NCBI GenBank assembly: GCA_016906335.1
Contig: JADEYG010000009.1
Location: forward strand, 1,302,001-1,366,000
Direction of reading: 5' to 3'
Source: Novakomyces olei
Taxonomy: Eukaryota
DNA: 64,000 nucleotides
Part shown: piece by piece, positions 38,824 to 50,572 of the stretch
Layout: each line of letters begins with the position of its first letter
How positions within the stretch are numbered: the stretch's first letter is position 1
Program-made: the position numbers and the translations under genes
The notes under the pieces: generated by a model
Told to the model about the DNA's origin: nothing
What the model saw: the letters and a program-made list of their open reading frames with translations, nothing else
Database searches by the model: none

Positions 38824-39735
38824 CTACTCCCCCCTTACCCAGCGGAAACATTGAGCCGAATGGAATTCGGGTACGCTTTGAGGATTTCCCTCCCTCACCT
38901 CGTTATACACAGCTTGCAATTCTTCATCTGTCTCTGGCGCATTCAACAGTATCTGACGTGAAACTTGTAGGGCAGTTCCGTCGCTGTCACCAGTTGGGAG
39001 GCAAGTCAAAACGGCCATACGTCCTAAATCCGTGGCTGATGCGAGTCCACTAGACTCTGCAGCTCCTGTTGAAGGTGGCCCACCATGTGTGGCTATAGCA
39101 GCAGCCATATGCGTAGCTGAAACCACACGTTTTACGCGAAGGTTTTCTCCAAGCAGACCAATCGCGTTTCCAATCTCGTCCTCAATTGTTCGGACCGAGT
39201 CGGGATCACGTCCATCCATATACACCATTTGCAATGCTCGTGCAGGCTCAATTACGCTTATTTCCGGCTTAGTAGACGATAATTTAGATACATTAAATGC
39301 CACAGTGAGGACAAGTCGACGTGCCAGTTCTTGAAAGACTGGGCTGTTTGCGACAAAGTCAGTTTCGCAGGCAAGTTCCAGCATGGCAACCGCTCGAGCG
39401 TGCCTTATAGATTCAAAGACACGAGAAAGGTAGGGGTTGGAATCGCCTGCCTCCTGGCTCGGCATAGAGATACAAGAGATCCAGCCCTCACGCGTCTCGC
39501 GGTCCTTGACTTTTTCCCGTATCTTATCCGCTCGCTTTGCCATTTCTGAGCGCAGCATCGACATTGCTGAAACGTACGTCTTGTCCGACAGATCTACCGC
39601 AGTTTTGGCCACGTGTAACGGGACATTGGTCTCTGCACGAAGCCGTTTAATAAGCTCGATCGGTTTGATTGGTGCGCTTGACATTGACCTCCTCGTGCCC
39701 GCCGCGAAGGGCCATAATGCTCTTTGCAGAATCAT
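38824..39735 (-). CDS. TSF1: Mitochondrial elongation factor Ts, intronless
   Basis: Presequence-like N-terminus, IELIKRLRAET (UBA-like), ELACETDFVA, LLGENLRVKR. Confidence 0.9.
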   Translation of the reverse strand: MILQRALWPFAAGTRRSMSSAPIKPIELIKRLRAETNVPLHVAKTAVDLSDKTYVSAMSMLRSEMAKRADKIREKVKDRETREGWISCISMPSQEAGDSNPYLSRVFESIRHARAVAMLELACETDFVANSPVFQELARRLVLTVAFNVSKLSSTKPEISVIEPARALQMVYMDGRDPDSVRTIEDEIGNAIGLLGENLRVKRVVSATHMAAAIATHGGPPSTGAAESSGLASATDLGRMAVLTCLPTGDSDGTALQVSRQILLNAPETDEELQAVYNEVREGNPQSVPEFHSAQCFRWVRGE

Positions 39736-39826
39736 GTCGGCCGTATTGATTTTGACTAATTAATTATTTTAATTATAATTTCTAAATTACTATTTTATAT
39801 GGGCGACTCGACTACATCGTAGATGA

Positions 39827-40070
<244 letters not shown>

Positions 40071-40098
40071 ATCATCGACCATCGATGCTCTTTGCCTG

Positions 40099-41608
40099 AT
40101 GGAATCGCAAGCGGGACCGCAGCAAAGGCACAGGGCTGGAGCTTCTGTTGCCTTACACAATACCGTCAATTCTGATGGTCAAGACGGAAATTATGATAAA
40201 ATTGACGATGACAGCAACGAGACAGAGGACGAGGAAAAACATGCACATCAAGGAAGAGTTTACCAGAATTCTGTGACTTCTAGCGCTCTGTCGCTGGCTA
40301 ATCTGGCGTATCTCCCGCTTCCACAAAACGTGTTGGGACGATTGACTTCAAGCCTTGGAGACGAGGATCCAGTGACTCCTGATCCTTACCGAAGAGCAGA
40401 TGTGCCTGCGAGACAAAGGGCTGCCTCTCACCGTCACAAGGCACGCTCACAGACTTCTCTGCCAGTGCAAATTGTGGGTTTACCCATCGTCAATTTCCTT
40501 GTCCGTGGCCTGCTTTTGTTTGGTCTTGGAAATCTTATTGCATTGTATGTTTGCTACTCTTTTGCCTCTTTATGTATTGTGGTTTTATGCTTTATCCAGT
40601 CTGGGTCGGTCCAACCATTTTTTTTCCCTCCAATCGAACCGTCCCTAGCCTGAGGCCGTTTGTCTTTTTTATGCGAGCTTGGTGATACAGTTTTTAAACA
40701 AGGGGGCTTATTGCTGTCTATTTTGCTGTTTGAACTATTGGCGTTTTGGTTTAAACTTGTTCCTATTCCTCATACCTCTCTTGCAAAACGGAGAATCAGA
40801 ACCCGTTCTTCCCGCTGTCGAGGACAAGCTCAGTCCGTCTCGTTTAATTTCTCAAGCTGCTTGCGTAATGTACTAATTCCAGGTTGCTATTGCAAATGCA
40901 GCTACAGCATCATTTGTACATACCGAAACTGCATCTAATTTCATCGTATGGCGTTGCAGGGCCAACTCTTTCTGGCATATTCCTAGCCAACGTGGGTCTT
41001 CTCTTCCCACTGGCTGACCAACTACTACGGCGAGACAAAGAAGAAAACGATAGTGACCAAGCACAGTACGAGGACGCTTTCAAACGACAAGATCTTCCAG
41101 GATCTAGCCGCCAAAGAGCTTCTTCTTCAGACGACAAACAGACTTCTCGAGCGGGTCGTGAAATTGGATCGCGAGATGATTCACATGTGCCTAGCGACGA
41201 ACAAAGTCCGTTTGTTGATGTCGTTCGCTATATTGCTGGGTTTTTCGGAATCGTATATGCTTTTGGGGTACGCTTTACAGTTCGTTTCTGAAGATTTGTC
41301 CGATTGTGCTTGATAAAGATTTATATGGCACGTTGTTTCTTGCGTTTCTGATTCTGCTTCTCAATTTAGAAGGCTCGAACTTTTTCATTTGTTTGAATTG
41401 ATCTAACTCAATAGCACGTCAAGTGGTCCAATAATCTTCAGGTGACTACAAATCTTTGCCTCGTGTCACTAGGTGCATGGTTTATGTACGACCAGACTCC
41501 ACAGGGCTTTTCAATTTCGGTTATCGTGGCTGTTGTCGGTACCTTATTTTATATCTTCATACTGGAACAGACCAAGGTGTAAGTATTCTCTAGAATTTTT
41601 AATTCCAC

Positions 41609-41679
<71 letters not shown>

Positions 41680-41854
41680 TTCACTCATTTATTCATTCAT
41701 TCATAATACATTATTCTGACTCTTTAGGGATGCTTGGCATATTTTGAATGAATTGAACGGTGCACACAGCTGGATGGGCTGTCTTTTATTCACTGCTAGT
41801 GTTGTTTTTGGAAATGTGGGCCGCCGTCTGTATGCAGTTCTCAACCAGCGATAA
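40099..41854 (+). CDS. INSIG-family ER membrane protein (Ins1/Nsg1-like); exons 40099-40544, 40883-41267, 41415-41578, 41728-41854
   Basis: RGLLLFGLG, VVRYIAGFFGIVYAFG|HVKWSNNLQ...WFMYDQTPQGF and terminal WMGCLLFTASVVFGNVGRRL resemble the INSIG domain; all splice sites join in frame. Confidence 0.82.
41608..41703. repeat. (TTTA)n/(TTCA)n microsatellite in INSIG intron 3
   Basis: Directly visible. Confidence 0.9.
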
Positions 41855-42048
41855 ATATATAGCGGAGCTCCAAAATACTCGTATATTCATATAAAATTAT
41901 GGGTCCTACAAGTGTAATGCAAAAGATAGTTCATTTCTATGAATCTGTAATGGCTATACACATATGAAAATAAAGACAGCGAATAATGCGCATCCGGCCA
42001 TCACCGATGTTCTCAGCAGGCGGGTAACTAAAAATTCGAGATAACAAA

Positions 42049-42951
42049 CTACTCGAGCTCGTCCACCGACTTTTTGAGTCGCTCAAGCATAAAAGTCTCA
42101 TAGTTACCATAAACTTTCAGTTTCTCCTTGCTTGCATCCGGAACCCGTTTGAATTCTTCGTCAAGCTCGAACCATTCTGAATTGTTGCAGACATCGTCAG
42201 CAAAGATAGCCCAAAACTCAGCCCATGAATTAGCCCAAACGACATGTTCCTCTTCGTCCCGTCCAGACGTAATGACCTGACCTTCTCGTCCCTTTGGCCC
42301 CGGCACGAAATCCAGGCTGATACTGTTCCCGCATCCATCGGCCGTAAGGGGAATCCATTTAGGATGAGCGTAAAAAGACCCAACAGCATCCGCTGGAAAA
42401 GATGTAAACTCCATCTCGCAATCGTATCCGCACTTTGAACCAGCTCCAAGAGACTCAAGAACCTCCGTCCAGCATGTGTGCTCGTCTTTTATGTGTTCCG
42501 TATCCAGTAACGAATGAGTGCTCAAGAAATCGTCCCCACTCCTATCCTGGCCATTGTGCACGGACAAGTACTCGCGTACATCCTGAGGCAGCTTGACACC
42601 CACTTTGCTCTCTACCTCGTCCAGCTCTTGCTCAGTAGCACCCGGGTTTAAAGAGAAATACGCCAAATCAATCTTCTTACTGTACTTGTCCTTGATCCGC
42701 TGCCACGAGTCCGCAACCGCTGGCGGATCTGGCCAGCTTCGTAGGGGATTGCGTTCAACGAAAAATAAACCCCAGCCTGGGTTCCGAGGAAGTTTTGCGC
42801 GCAGCTCTTTTTGTGCCGAAGACTTGGCCCCTCTTTCGGTTTTGTTTGCAGTAGATCCCTCATCCGATCCCAGAGGATTGCTGCTGCTTGGTGAATCGTT
42901 GTTAGAGTCACTCAACGACTGTCCCTCGGCCTGGCTTGCTTTGCCAGACAT
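42049..42951 (-). CDS. SMI1/KNR4 (SUKH) family protein, copy 1, 300 aa, intronless
   Basis: VADSWQRI, LNPGATEQELDEVESKVGVKLPQDVREYLSVHNGQ, YAHPKWIPLTADGCGN.ISLDFVPGPKG..GQVITSGRD, ANSWAEF resemble the Knr4/Smi1 core. Confidence 0.9.
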   Translation of the reverse strand: MSGKASQAEGQSLSDSNNDSPSSSNPLGSDEGSTANKTERGAKSSAQKELRAKLPRNPGWGLFFVERNPLRSWPDPPAVADSWQRIKDKYSKKIDLAYFSLNPGATEQELDEVESKVGVKLPQDVREYLSVHNGQDRSGDDFLSTHSLLDTEHIKDEHTCWTEVLESLGAGSKCGYDCEMEFTSFPADAVGSFYAHPKWIPLTADGCGNSISLDFVPGPKGREGQVITSGRDEEEHVVWANSWAEFWAIFADDVCNNSEWFELDEEFKRVPDASKEKLKVYGNYETFMLERLKKSVDELE

Positions 42952-43121
42952 TTTGGTAAAATGGCTCGTCTATATGATTAAACTGACCAATCCTCACCTT
43001 GAAGGGTCTATGACAAACACGCCATACTGTACAGCCAATTTATACAGCGGCTTGCTGCCTCGTTTTTCTCATACCGCCCACGCTCCTTGTACATGACGAG
43101 CATGATGCCATGCCATTTTCT

Positions 43122-43285
<164 letters not shown>

Positions 43286-43526
43286 GTTATCTCCAAGATA
43301 ACTTTTTCCCTTGTTTCCTAAATAGGTAAAGAGGACGCCTTGCCCACGTTAACAAGAAGAAGTCCTTTAAACAAAGAAAGTACCTTGTTCTTGGATTAAC
43401 TATAAATACAAGGCCACGTCCCATAGGTTCCGTAGAATTGTTAAATTGTTTTACTGAAAATCTACAGCTTCTAAACTATCTTTAGATTCATAGCAGAAAG
43501 CGCGATTGTTACAATCAACCACTAAC

Positions 43527-43737
<211 letters not shown>

Positions 43738-43974
43738 AAATCATCGATCATCGATGCTATATAGCGGAGCTCCGAAATACTCGTGTATTCATATAAAATT
43801 AGGGGTCCTGTTTGTTTCCCCGTATTTGCGCCATACAAGTGTAATGCAAAAGATAGTTCATTTCTATGAATCTGTAATGGCTATACACATATGAAATAAA
43901 GACAGCGAATAATGCGCATCCGGCCATCACCGATATTTTCAGAAGGCAGGTAATTAACTACTCGAGGAAACAAA

Positions 43975-44877
43975 CTACTCGAGCTCGCCCACCGACTTTT
44001 TGAGTCGCTCAAGCATAAAAGTCTCATATTCATCATAAACTTTTAGTTTCTCCTTGCTTGCATCCGGAACCCGTTCAGAATGTTCGTCAAGCTCGAACCA
44101 TTCTGAATTGTTGCAGACATCGTCAGCAAAGATAGCCCAAAACTCAGCCCATGAATTAGCCCAAACGGCATGTTCCTCTAAGTCCCGTCCAGACGTAATG
44201 ACCTGACCTTCTCGTCCCTTTGGCCCCGGCACGAAATCCAGGCTGATATTGTTCCCGCATCCATCGGCCGTAAGGGGAATCCATTTAGGATGAGCGTAAA
44301 AAGACCCAACAGCATCCGCTGGAAAAGATGTAAACTCCATCTCGCAATCGTATCCGCACTTTGAACCAGCTCCAAGAGACTCAAGAACCTCCGTCCAGCA
44401 TGTGTGCTCGTCTTTTATGTGTTCCGTATCCAGTAACGAATGAGTGCTCAAGAAATCGTCCCCACTCCTATCCTGGCCATTGTGCACGGACAAGTACTCG
44501 CGTACATCCTGAGGCAGCTTGACACCCACTTTGCTCTCTACCTCGTCCAGCTCTTGCTCAGTAGCACCCGGGTTTAAAGAGAAATACGCCAAATCAATCT
44601 TCTTACTGTACTTGTCCTTGATCCGCTGCCACGAGTCCGCAACCGCTGGCGGATCTGGCCAGCTTCGTAGGGGATTGCGTTCAACGAAAAATAAACGCCA
44701 GCCTGGGTTCCGAGGAAGTTTTGCGCGCAGCTCTTTTTGTGCCGAAGACTTGGCCCCTCTTTCGGTTTTGTTTGCAGTAGATCCCTCATCCGATCCCAGA
44801 GGATTGCTGCTGCTTGGTGAATCGTTGTTAGAGTCACTCAACGACTGTCCCTCGGCCTGGCTTGCTTTGCCAGACAT
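43975..44877 (-). CDS. SMI1/KNR4 (SUKH) family protein, copy 2 (chimera of copies 1 and 3)
   Basis: Same motifs as copy 1; intact 300-aa ORF. Confidence 0.9.
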   Translation of the reverse strand: MSGKASQAEGQSLSDSNNDSPSSSNPLGSDEGSTANKTERGAKSSAQKELRAKLPRNPGWRLFFVERNPLRSWPDPPAVADSWQRIKDKYSKKIDLAYFSLNPGATEQELDEVESKVGVKLPQDVREYLSVHNGQDRSGDDFLSTHSLLDTEHIKDEHTCWTEVLESLGAGSKCGYDCEMEFTSFPADAVGSFYAHPKWIPLTADGCGNNISLDFVPGPKGREGQVITSGRDLEEHAVWANSWAEFWAIFADDVCNNSEWFELDEHSERVPDASKEKLKVYDEYETFMLERLKKSVGELE

Positions 44878-45047
44878 TTTGGTAAAATGGCTCGTCTATA
44901 TGATTAAACTGACCAATCCTCACCTTGAAGGGTCTATGACAAACACGCCATACTGTACAGCCAATTTATACAGCGGCTTGCTGCCTCGTTTTTCTCATAC
45001 CGCCCACGCTCCTTGTACATGACGAGCATGATGCCATGCCATTTTCT

Positions 45048-45058
45048 CATATTATTGC

Positions 45059-45139
<81 letters not shown>
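45048..45139. repeat. (TAT)n microsatellite upstream of KNR4-like copy 2
   Basis: Directly visible; shorter than the equivalent tract in unit 1. Confidence 0.95.
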
Positions 45140-45380
45140 GTTATCTCCAAGATAACTTTTTCCCTTGTTTCCTAAATAGGTAAAGAGGACGCCTTGCCCA
45201 CGTTAACAAGAAGAAGTCCTTTAAACAAAGAAAGTACCTTGTTCTTGGATTAACTATAAATACAAGGCCACGTCCCATAGGTTCCGTAGAATTGTTAAAT
45301 TGTTTTACTGAAAATCTACAGCTTCTAAACTATCTTTAGATTCATAGCAGAAAGCGCGATTGTTACAATCAACCACTAAC

Positions 45381-45583
<203 letters not shown>

Positions 45584-45820
45584 AAATCATCGATCATCGA
45601 TGCTATATAGCGGAGCTCCGAAATACTCGTGTATTCATATAAAATTAGGGGTCCTGTTTGTTTCCCCGTATTTGCGCCATACAAGTGTAATGCAAAAGAT
45701 AGTTCATTTCTATGAATCTGTAATGGCTATACACATATGAAATAAAGACAGCGAATAATGCGCATCCGGCCATCACCGATATTTTCAGAAGGCAGGTAAT
45801 TAACTACTCGAGGAAACAAA

Positions 45821-46723
45821 CTACTCGAGCTCGCCCACCGACTTTTTGAGTCGCTCAAGCATAAAAGTCTCATATTCATCATAAACTTTTAGTTTCTCCT
45901 TGCTTGCATCCGGAACCCGTTCAGAATGTTCGTCAAGCTCGAACCATTCTGAATTGTTGCAGACATCGTCAGCAAAGATAGCCCAAAACTCAGCCCATGA
46001 ATTAGCCCAAACGGCATGTTCCTCTAAGTCCCGTCCCGACGTAATGACCTGACCTTCTCGTCCCTTTGGCCCCGGCACGAAATCCAGGCTGATATTGTTC
46101 CCGCAATAATCGGCCGTAAGGGGAATCCATTTAGGATGAGCGTAAAAAGACCCAACAGCATCCGCTGGAAAAGATGTAAACTCCATCTCGCAATCGTATC
46201 CGCACTTTGAACCAGCTCCAAAATCCCCAAGTGTCTCCATCCAGAGTGTGTGCTGGTCTTCTATGCCTTTTGTATCCAGTATCAAATAAGTGCTCAAGAA
46301 ATCGTCCCCACTCCTATCCTGGCCATTGTGCACGGACAAGTACTCGCGTACATCCTGAGGCAGCTTGACACCCACTTTGCTCTCTACCTCGTCCAGCTCT
46401 TGCTCAGTAGCACCCGGGTTTAAAGAGAAATACGCCAAATCAATCTTCTCACTGTACTTGTCCTTGATCCGCTGCCACGAGTCCGCAACCGCTGGCGGAT
46501 CTGGCCAGCTTCGTAGGGGATTGCGTTCAACGAAAAATAAACCCCAGCCTGGGCTCAGAGGAAGTTTTGCGCGCAGCTCTTTTTGTGCCGAAGACTTGGC
46601 CCCTCTTTCGGTTTTGTTTGCAGTAGATCCCTCATCCGATCCCAGAGGATTGCTGCTGCTTGGTGAATCGTTGTTAGAGTCACTCAACGACTGTCCCTCG
46701 GCCTGGCTTGCTTTGCCAGACAT
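45821..46723 (-). CDS. SMI1/KNR4 (SUKH) family protein, copy 3
   Basis: Same motifs as copy 1; intact 300-aa ORF with a divergent central patch. Confidence 0.9.
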   Translation of the reverse strand: MSGKASQAEGQSLSDSNNDSPSSSNPLGSDEGSTANKTERGAKSSAQKELRAKLPLSPGWGLFFVERNPLRSWPDPPAVADSWQRIKDKYSEKIDLAYFSLNPGATEQELDEVESKVGVKLPQDVREYLSVHNGQDRSGDDFLSTYLILDTKGIEDQHTLWMETLGDFGAGSKCGYDCEMEFTSFPADAVGSFYAHPKWIPLTADYCGNNISLDFVPGPKGREGQVITSGRDLEEHAVWANSWAEFWAIFADDVCNNSEWFELDEHSERVPDASKEKLKVYDEYETFMLERLKKSVGELE

Positions 46724-46888
46724 TTTGGTAAAATGGCTCGTCTATATGATTAAACTGACCAATCCTCACCTTGAAGGGTCTATGACAAACACGCCATACT
46801 GTACAGCCAATTTATACAGCGGCTTGCTGCCTTGTTTTTCTCATACCGCCCACGCTCCTTGTACCATGGATGCCATGTCATTTTCTCA

Positions 46889-47286
<398 letters not shown>

Positions 47287-47640
47287 CATTCAAAAGTCCA
47301 TGTCCACGTGTGTGGGGAGAGAAGAGTAATTTCACACTATAGTACCTTGTGTTATTAACAATATACGTTTATTCTAAACATTACGTCTATTTTATACACT
47401 TTTTTTATATTTTAAACGATTATTCACTGCAATTCGACAATTTCTTCCTGTCCCGTTCCTTTGCGTCATCGCGCGACGCGTATTTCACAAGACAAGAAAT
47501 AAACGCCAAAATATAGATGGCGATTACGTTTATTTAAAAAATGTTTTACGTTTACAATTATTTTATTTTTAAAACTTTCGCGTAGATCGTTACTAGTAGG
47601 TAATAGTATAGGCTTTGTGTTGATCCAAACTCTAAATACT

Positions 47641-47736
47641 ACTATATAAATAACACTATATAAATAACACTATATAAATAACACTATATAAATAACACTA
47701 TATAAATACCACTATATAAATAACACTATATAAATA
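47641..47736 (+). repeat. Seven tandem copies of the 14-mer ACTATATAAATAAC, each containing a TATA box
   Basis: Units start at 47641, 47655, 47669, 47683, 47697, 47711 and 47725. Confidence 0.93.
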
Positions 47737-47790
47737 TTGGCAATAAAAACGAGTGCCACGAGACAATCACGCCACAGGTCAACAGTCAAA

Positions 47791-48547
47791 ATGCGCGTCG
47801 GATCAGCGTTGGGAAAAGTATGGATAGCGATTACGCTGCTCGCACTGGGCCAAATGGCCGCAGCTGCAGAAATTGGCTCAAAGGTGTTTTTCGACATTGA
47901 GCAAGGAGGAGTACCCTTGGGCCGGATCGTCTTTGGATTGTATGATAAAATCGTGCCGCGTACTGCGGAAAACTTTCGTGCTCTCGCAGCTGGCTCTCAT
48001 GGTTTTGGGTACGAAGGCTCGGCGTTCCATCGCGTCATTAAGGACTTTATGATTCAGGGCGGAGGTAATGGATAAGTATTGAAACGACGAGCTAATTCCT
48101 ATCCAGACTTTACCAAGGGAGATGGCACTGGCGGAAAGTCAAGTACGTGTACAATTGTGTCTTATTGCTAACGTCAGTCTTTGGCGAAAGGTTCCCCGAT
48201 GAGAACTTTAAACTCAAGCATGACCGCCCTGGACTGCTGTCTATGGCAAACGCGGGTCGCGATACTAATGGCTCTCAGTTTTTCATCACTACCGTGAAAA
48301 CTCCGTGGCTCGATGGGAAACATGTAGTGTTTGGTGAAGGTATTGTTTTGTTCAAGTATCCTTGTGATGGTAAATTAACTCTTTTGGATTAGTCATTGAA
48401 GGGTTCGACATCGTTGGTAGGATCGAGCATACAAATGTCGACGCCAATAGTCGTCCATTGGAGCGTGTTGTTATCGCCAAGAGTGGCGTTATCGTTGAAG
48501 ATACCATAAATCCCGGCAGCACAGCGGACACAAAGGATGAATTGTGA
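47791..48547 (+). CDS. CPR5: ER cyclophilin B (peptidyl-prolyl isomerase), 4 exons, ending KDEL
   Basis: Signal peptide, [57 protein letters not shown]-terminal KDEL. Confidence 0.93.
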
Positions 48548-48853
48548 CTAGACCCGGGACTGAAGGCGTACATGCGGCACTTTAAAGCTTAGCCGTACTG
48601 TGTGGAAGCGGAGCATTCTCTCCGCCGCCAAAGTTGGAAATGGCCGCTTTGAAAAGCGGCCATTTTGAATCTATTGGAAACTTATTAGAATGCTCTGGAA
48701 TCAAATCAAAATTAATCCACACAATTGTCTCCTTTGAAGCTTTTGCTCGTAGCTCAAAGGCCCGTCTCGTAGATATGTATTTTTATTTCATTGTGCCGTA
48801 GGGCTTTTCATAGAATCCCCAAAATTAAAATAGTCTTAATCCATTATTACTAT

Positions 48854-50016
48854 CTACTGTCCTTTCTGATCCTGCCCTGGCCGCGTTGAAGGCTCGAAGG
48901 CGCCATACGGAACCTGCACTGAACCGATTGCCTTGCCGGCAATAAGGATTGCCGGGATAATGATAGGTAGAAATACTACGTAAGCCATCCAGATCCCTGG
49001 AGAAAAGTACTGGTAGCGGGTGAAAAGTCCAGTTTGTGGTAGGCTCGATGGCGTCTCTTCCTGGCGGGCACCAAACATACGGCGCCGTTCAAGGGTCTTT
49101 TCATCTGTGCCGCGAAACACAGTTTGCTCCTCACTCTCATGGAACAACGGCTCCGACGCAATGGCGACAAAGTACCGTGTGGGTGCATGAAAAGAAGATA
49201 GAATAGAGTGAATAAATATATCTGAAGGTTAGAACAGCAAAACAATGATACATGAAAACGACGAGCAGAGCAAATAACAAATTAGCAAACTCTTTGAGCA
49301 TAATCGGAAAGCGATAGATTGCTCAAGTGTCAAGAATGTCACTGGCTTACCACTGAACTGCAGAGCCGATTCCTTTGAATCACCGGCAGGAACTGCAGGC
49401 AAGTCAATAACAATGACTTGCCGGGTACGCTTGTCATAAGTTGGATGCTTTCCGTCTGTTGGATAAGTATTGATTAATAATTAATTTATTTGAATAAATA
49501 AATAAATAAATAATTCAATTAATTAATTAATTAAAATCCATTTCTTACGTTGTGCATCGATATGGAAGAGTTCACATTGGCACTTGGCCCGAATCCGCTC
49601 TGCCAGACTCTCCAGATCAACCTTCCCGTATCCATACGGGACTGCAACATGCTGCCGCGACTGTTCAATGTACTCTCTCAGCATCGGCATCGCATCCTGC
49701 GCGGCTAAATCGCTCGCGTGCAGTCCCGGAAGATTTACCAGCAAATACACTTCGTACGAGCAGTCTGCAAGAGTTTCGACAAGGGAAGAAAAGACGTTTG
49801 AGGATAAAGACGCCGGTTCGTCCTGTGGCACAAGATGATGATATGAGGCAGTACTAAATCGGTTAATCAAGACGTCGGGCATTGACTCAGAAAGACGAAT
49901 AAAAAGCCGTACCTTGCATGAGAGGAGAATAATACAAACGGCGTCGTATCTGCAAAGGCACAGACGCGGCCGATTATGGAAAATGCCCATAAAAGGACGT
50001 ACACAGACGGCCGCAT
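48854..50016 (-). CDS. Big1/Voa1 (Ac45-like) type I ER membrane protein, 4 exons
   Basis: Signal peptide MRPSVYVLLWAFSIIGRVCA followed by FADTTPFVLFSS; C-terminal GLFTRYQYFSPGIWM-TM-QVPYGAFE resembles the Ac45/Voa1/Big1 membrane segment. Confidence 0.7.
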
Positions 50017-50424
50017 GCTGGGTCAGTAGTTTTAGATGATGTGCAATAGTATATTAGCGTAATTTAATAAATATTACCGTAGTATTATGCCGTAAATATT
50101 ATTGTTATATATTATCACAAATATATTATCGTTGTATATTATCGTTGTATAAGGCGGCTCAAGGCATAGTAATTACTTGACAAGATTGGTAATTGACATT
50201 TATATACAATTTATTTCAATTTTTATACGCAGAAGACTCGAGCAGTAAAATATCAAGCGATTCGTGAATACTATCGTGCGCTTATAATAATAATTAAATT
50301 CCATATACAATTATCGCCATATACATAATCAGCAAACATTAATATACAGAATTTAATTAGCAAAATAAAAAATTTGTGCTTTTTATAATAAACGGCATCA
50401 GGCAAAGCAGTGGGCCGTGTTCAG

Positions 50425-50470
50425 GTGAGTGTATACCTGCGGGAAAAGGGCAACGAAACTAACCGGCCAG
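50425..50470 (+). other. Probable 5'-UTR intron of the eIF2-gamma gene
   Basis: CAG|GTGAGT donor, CTAAC branch at 50459, CAG acceptor; 46 nt long and about 100 bp upstream of the ATG. Confidence 0.55.
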
Positions 50471-50572
50471 AAAACTTTGTAGTATAAAGTCTTTTGCACT
50501 TGTTTCTGCAGTCAATTTTACACGCGTTCACTTTGCTCAACTTTTCCCGACACATTACGTCCTCGCACACAG

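Noticed and set aside
42593-43096. 167-aa plus-strand ORF repeated in each KNR4 unit, considered as an overlapping toxin partner
   Set aside because: It starts at TTG, is antisense to the real gene, has no recognisable domain, and in unit 3 runs on into the microsatellite; conservation is explained by the duplication
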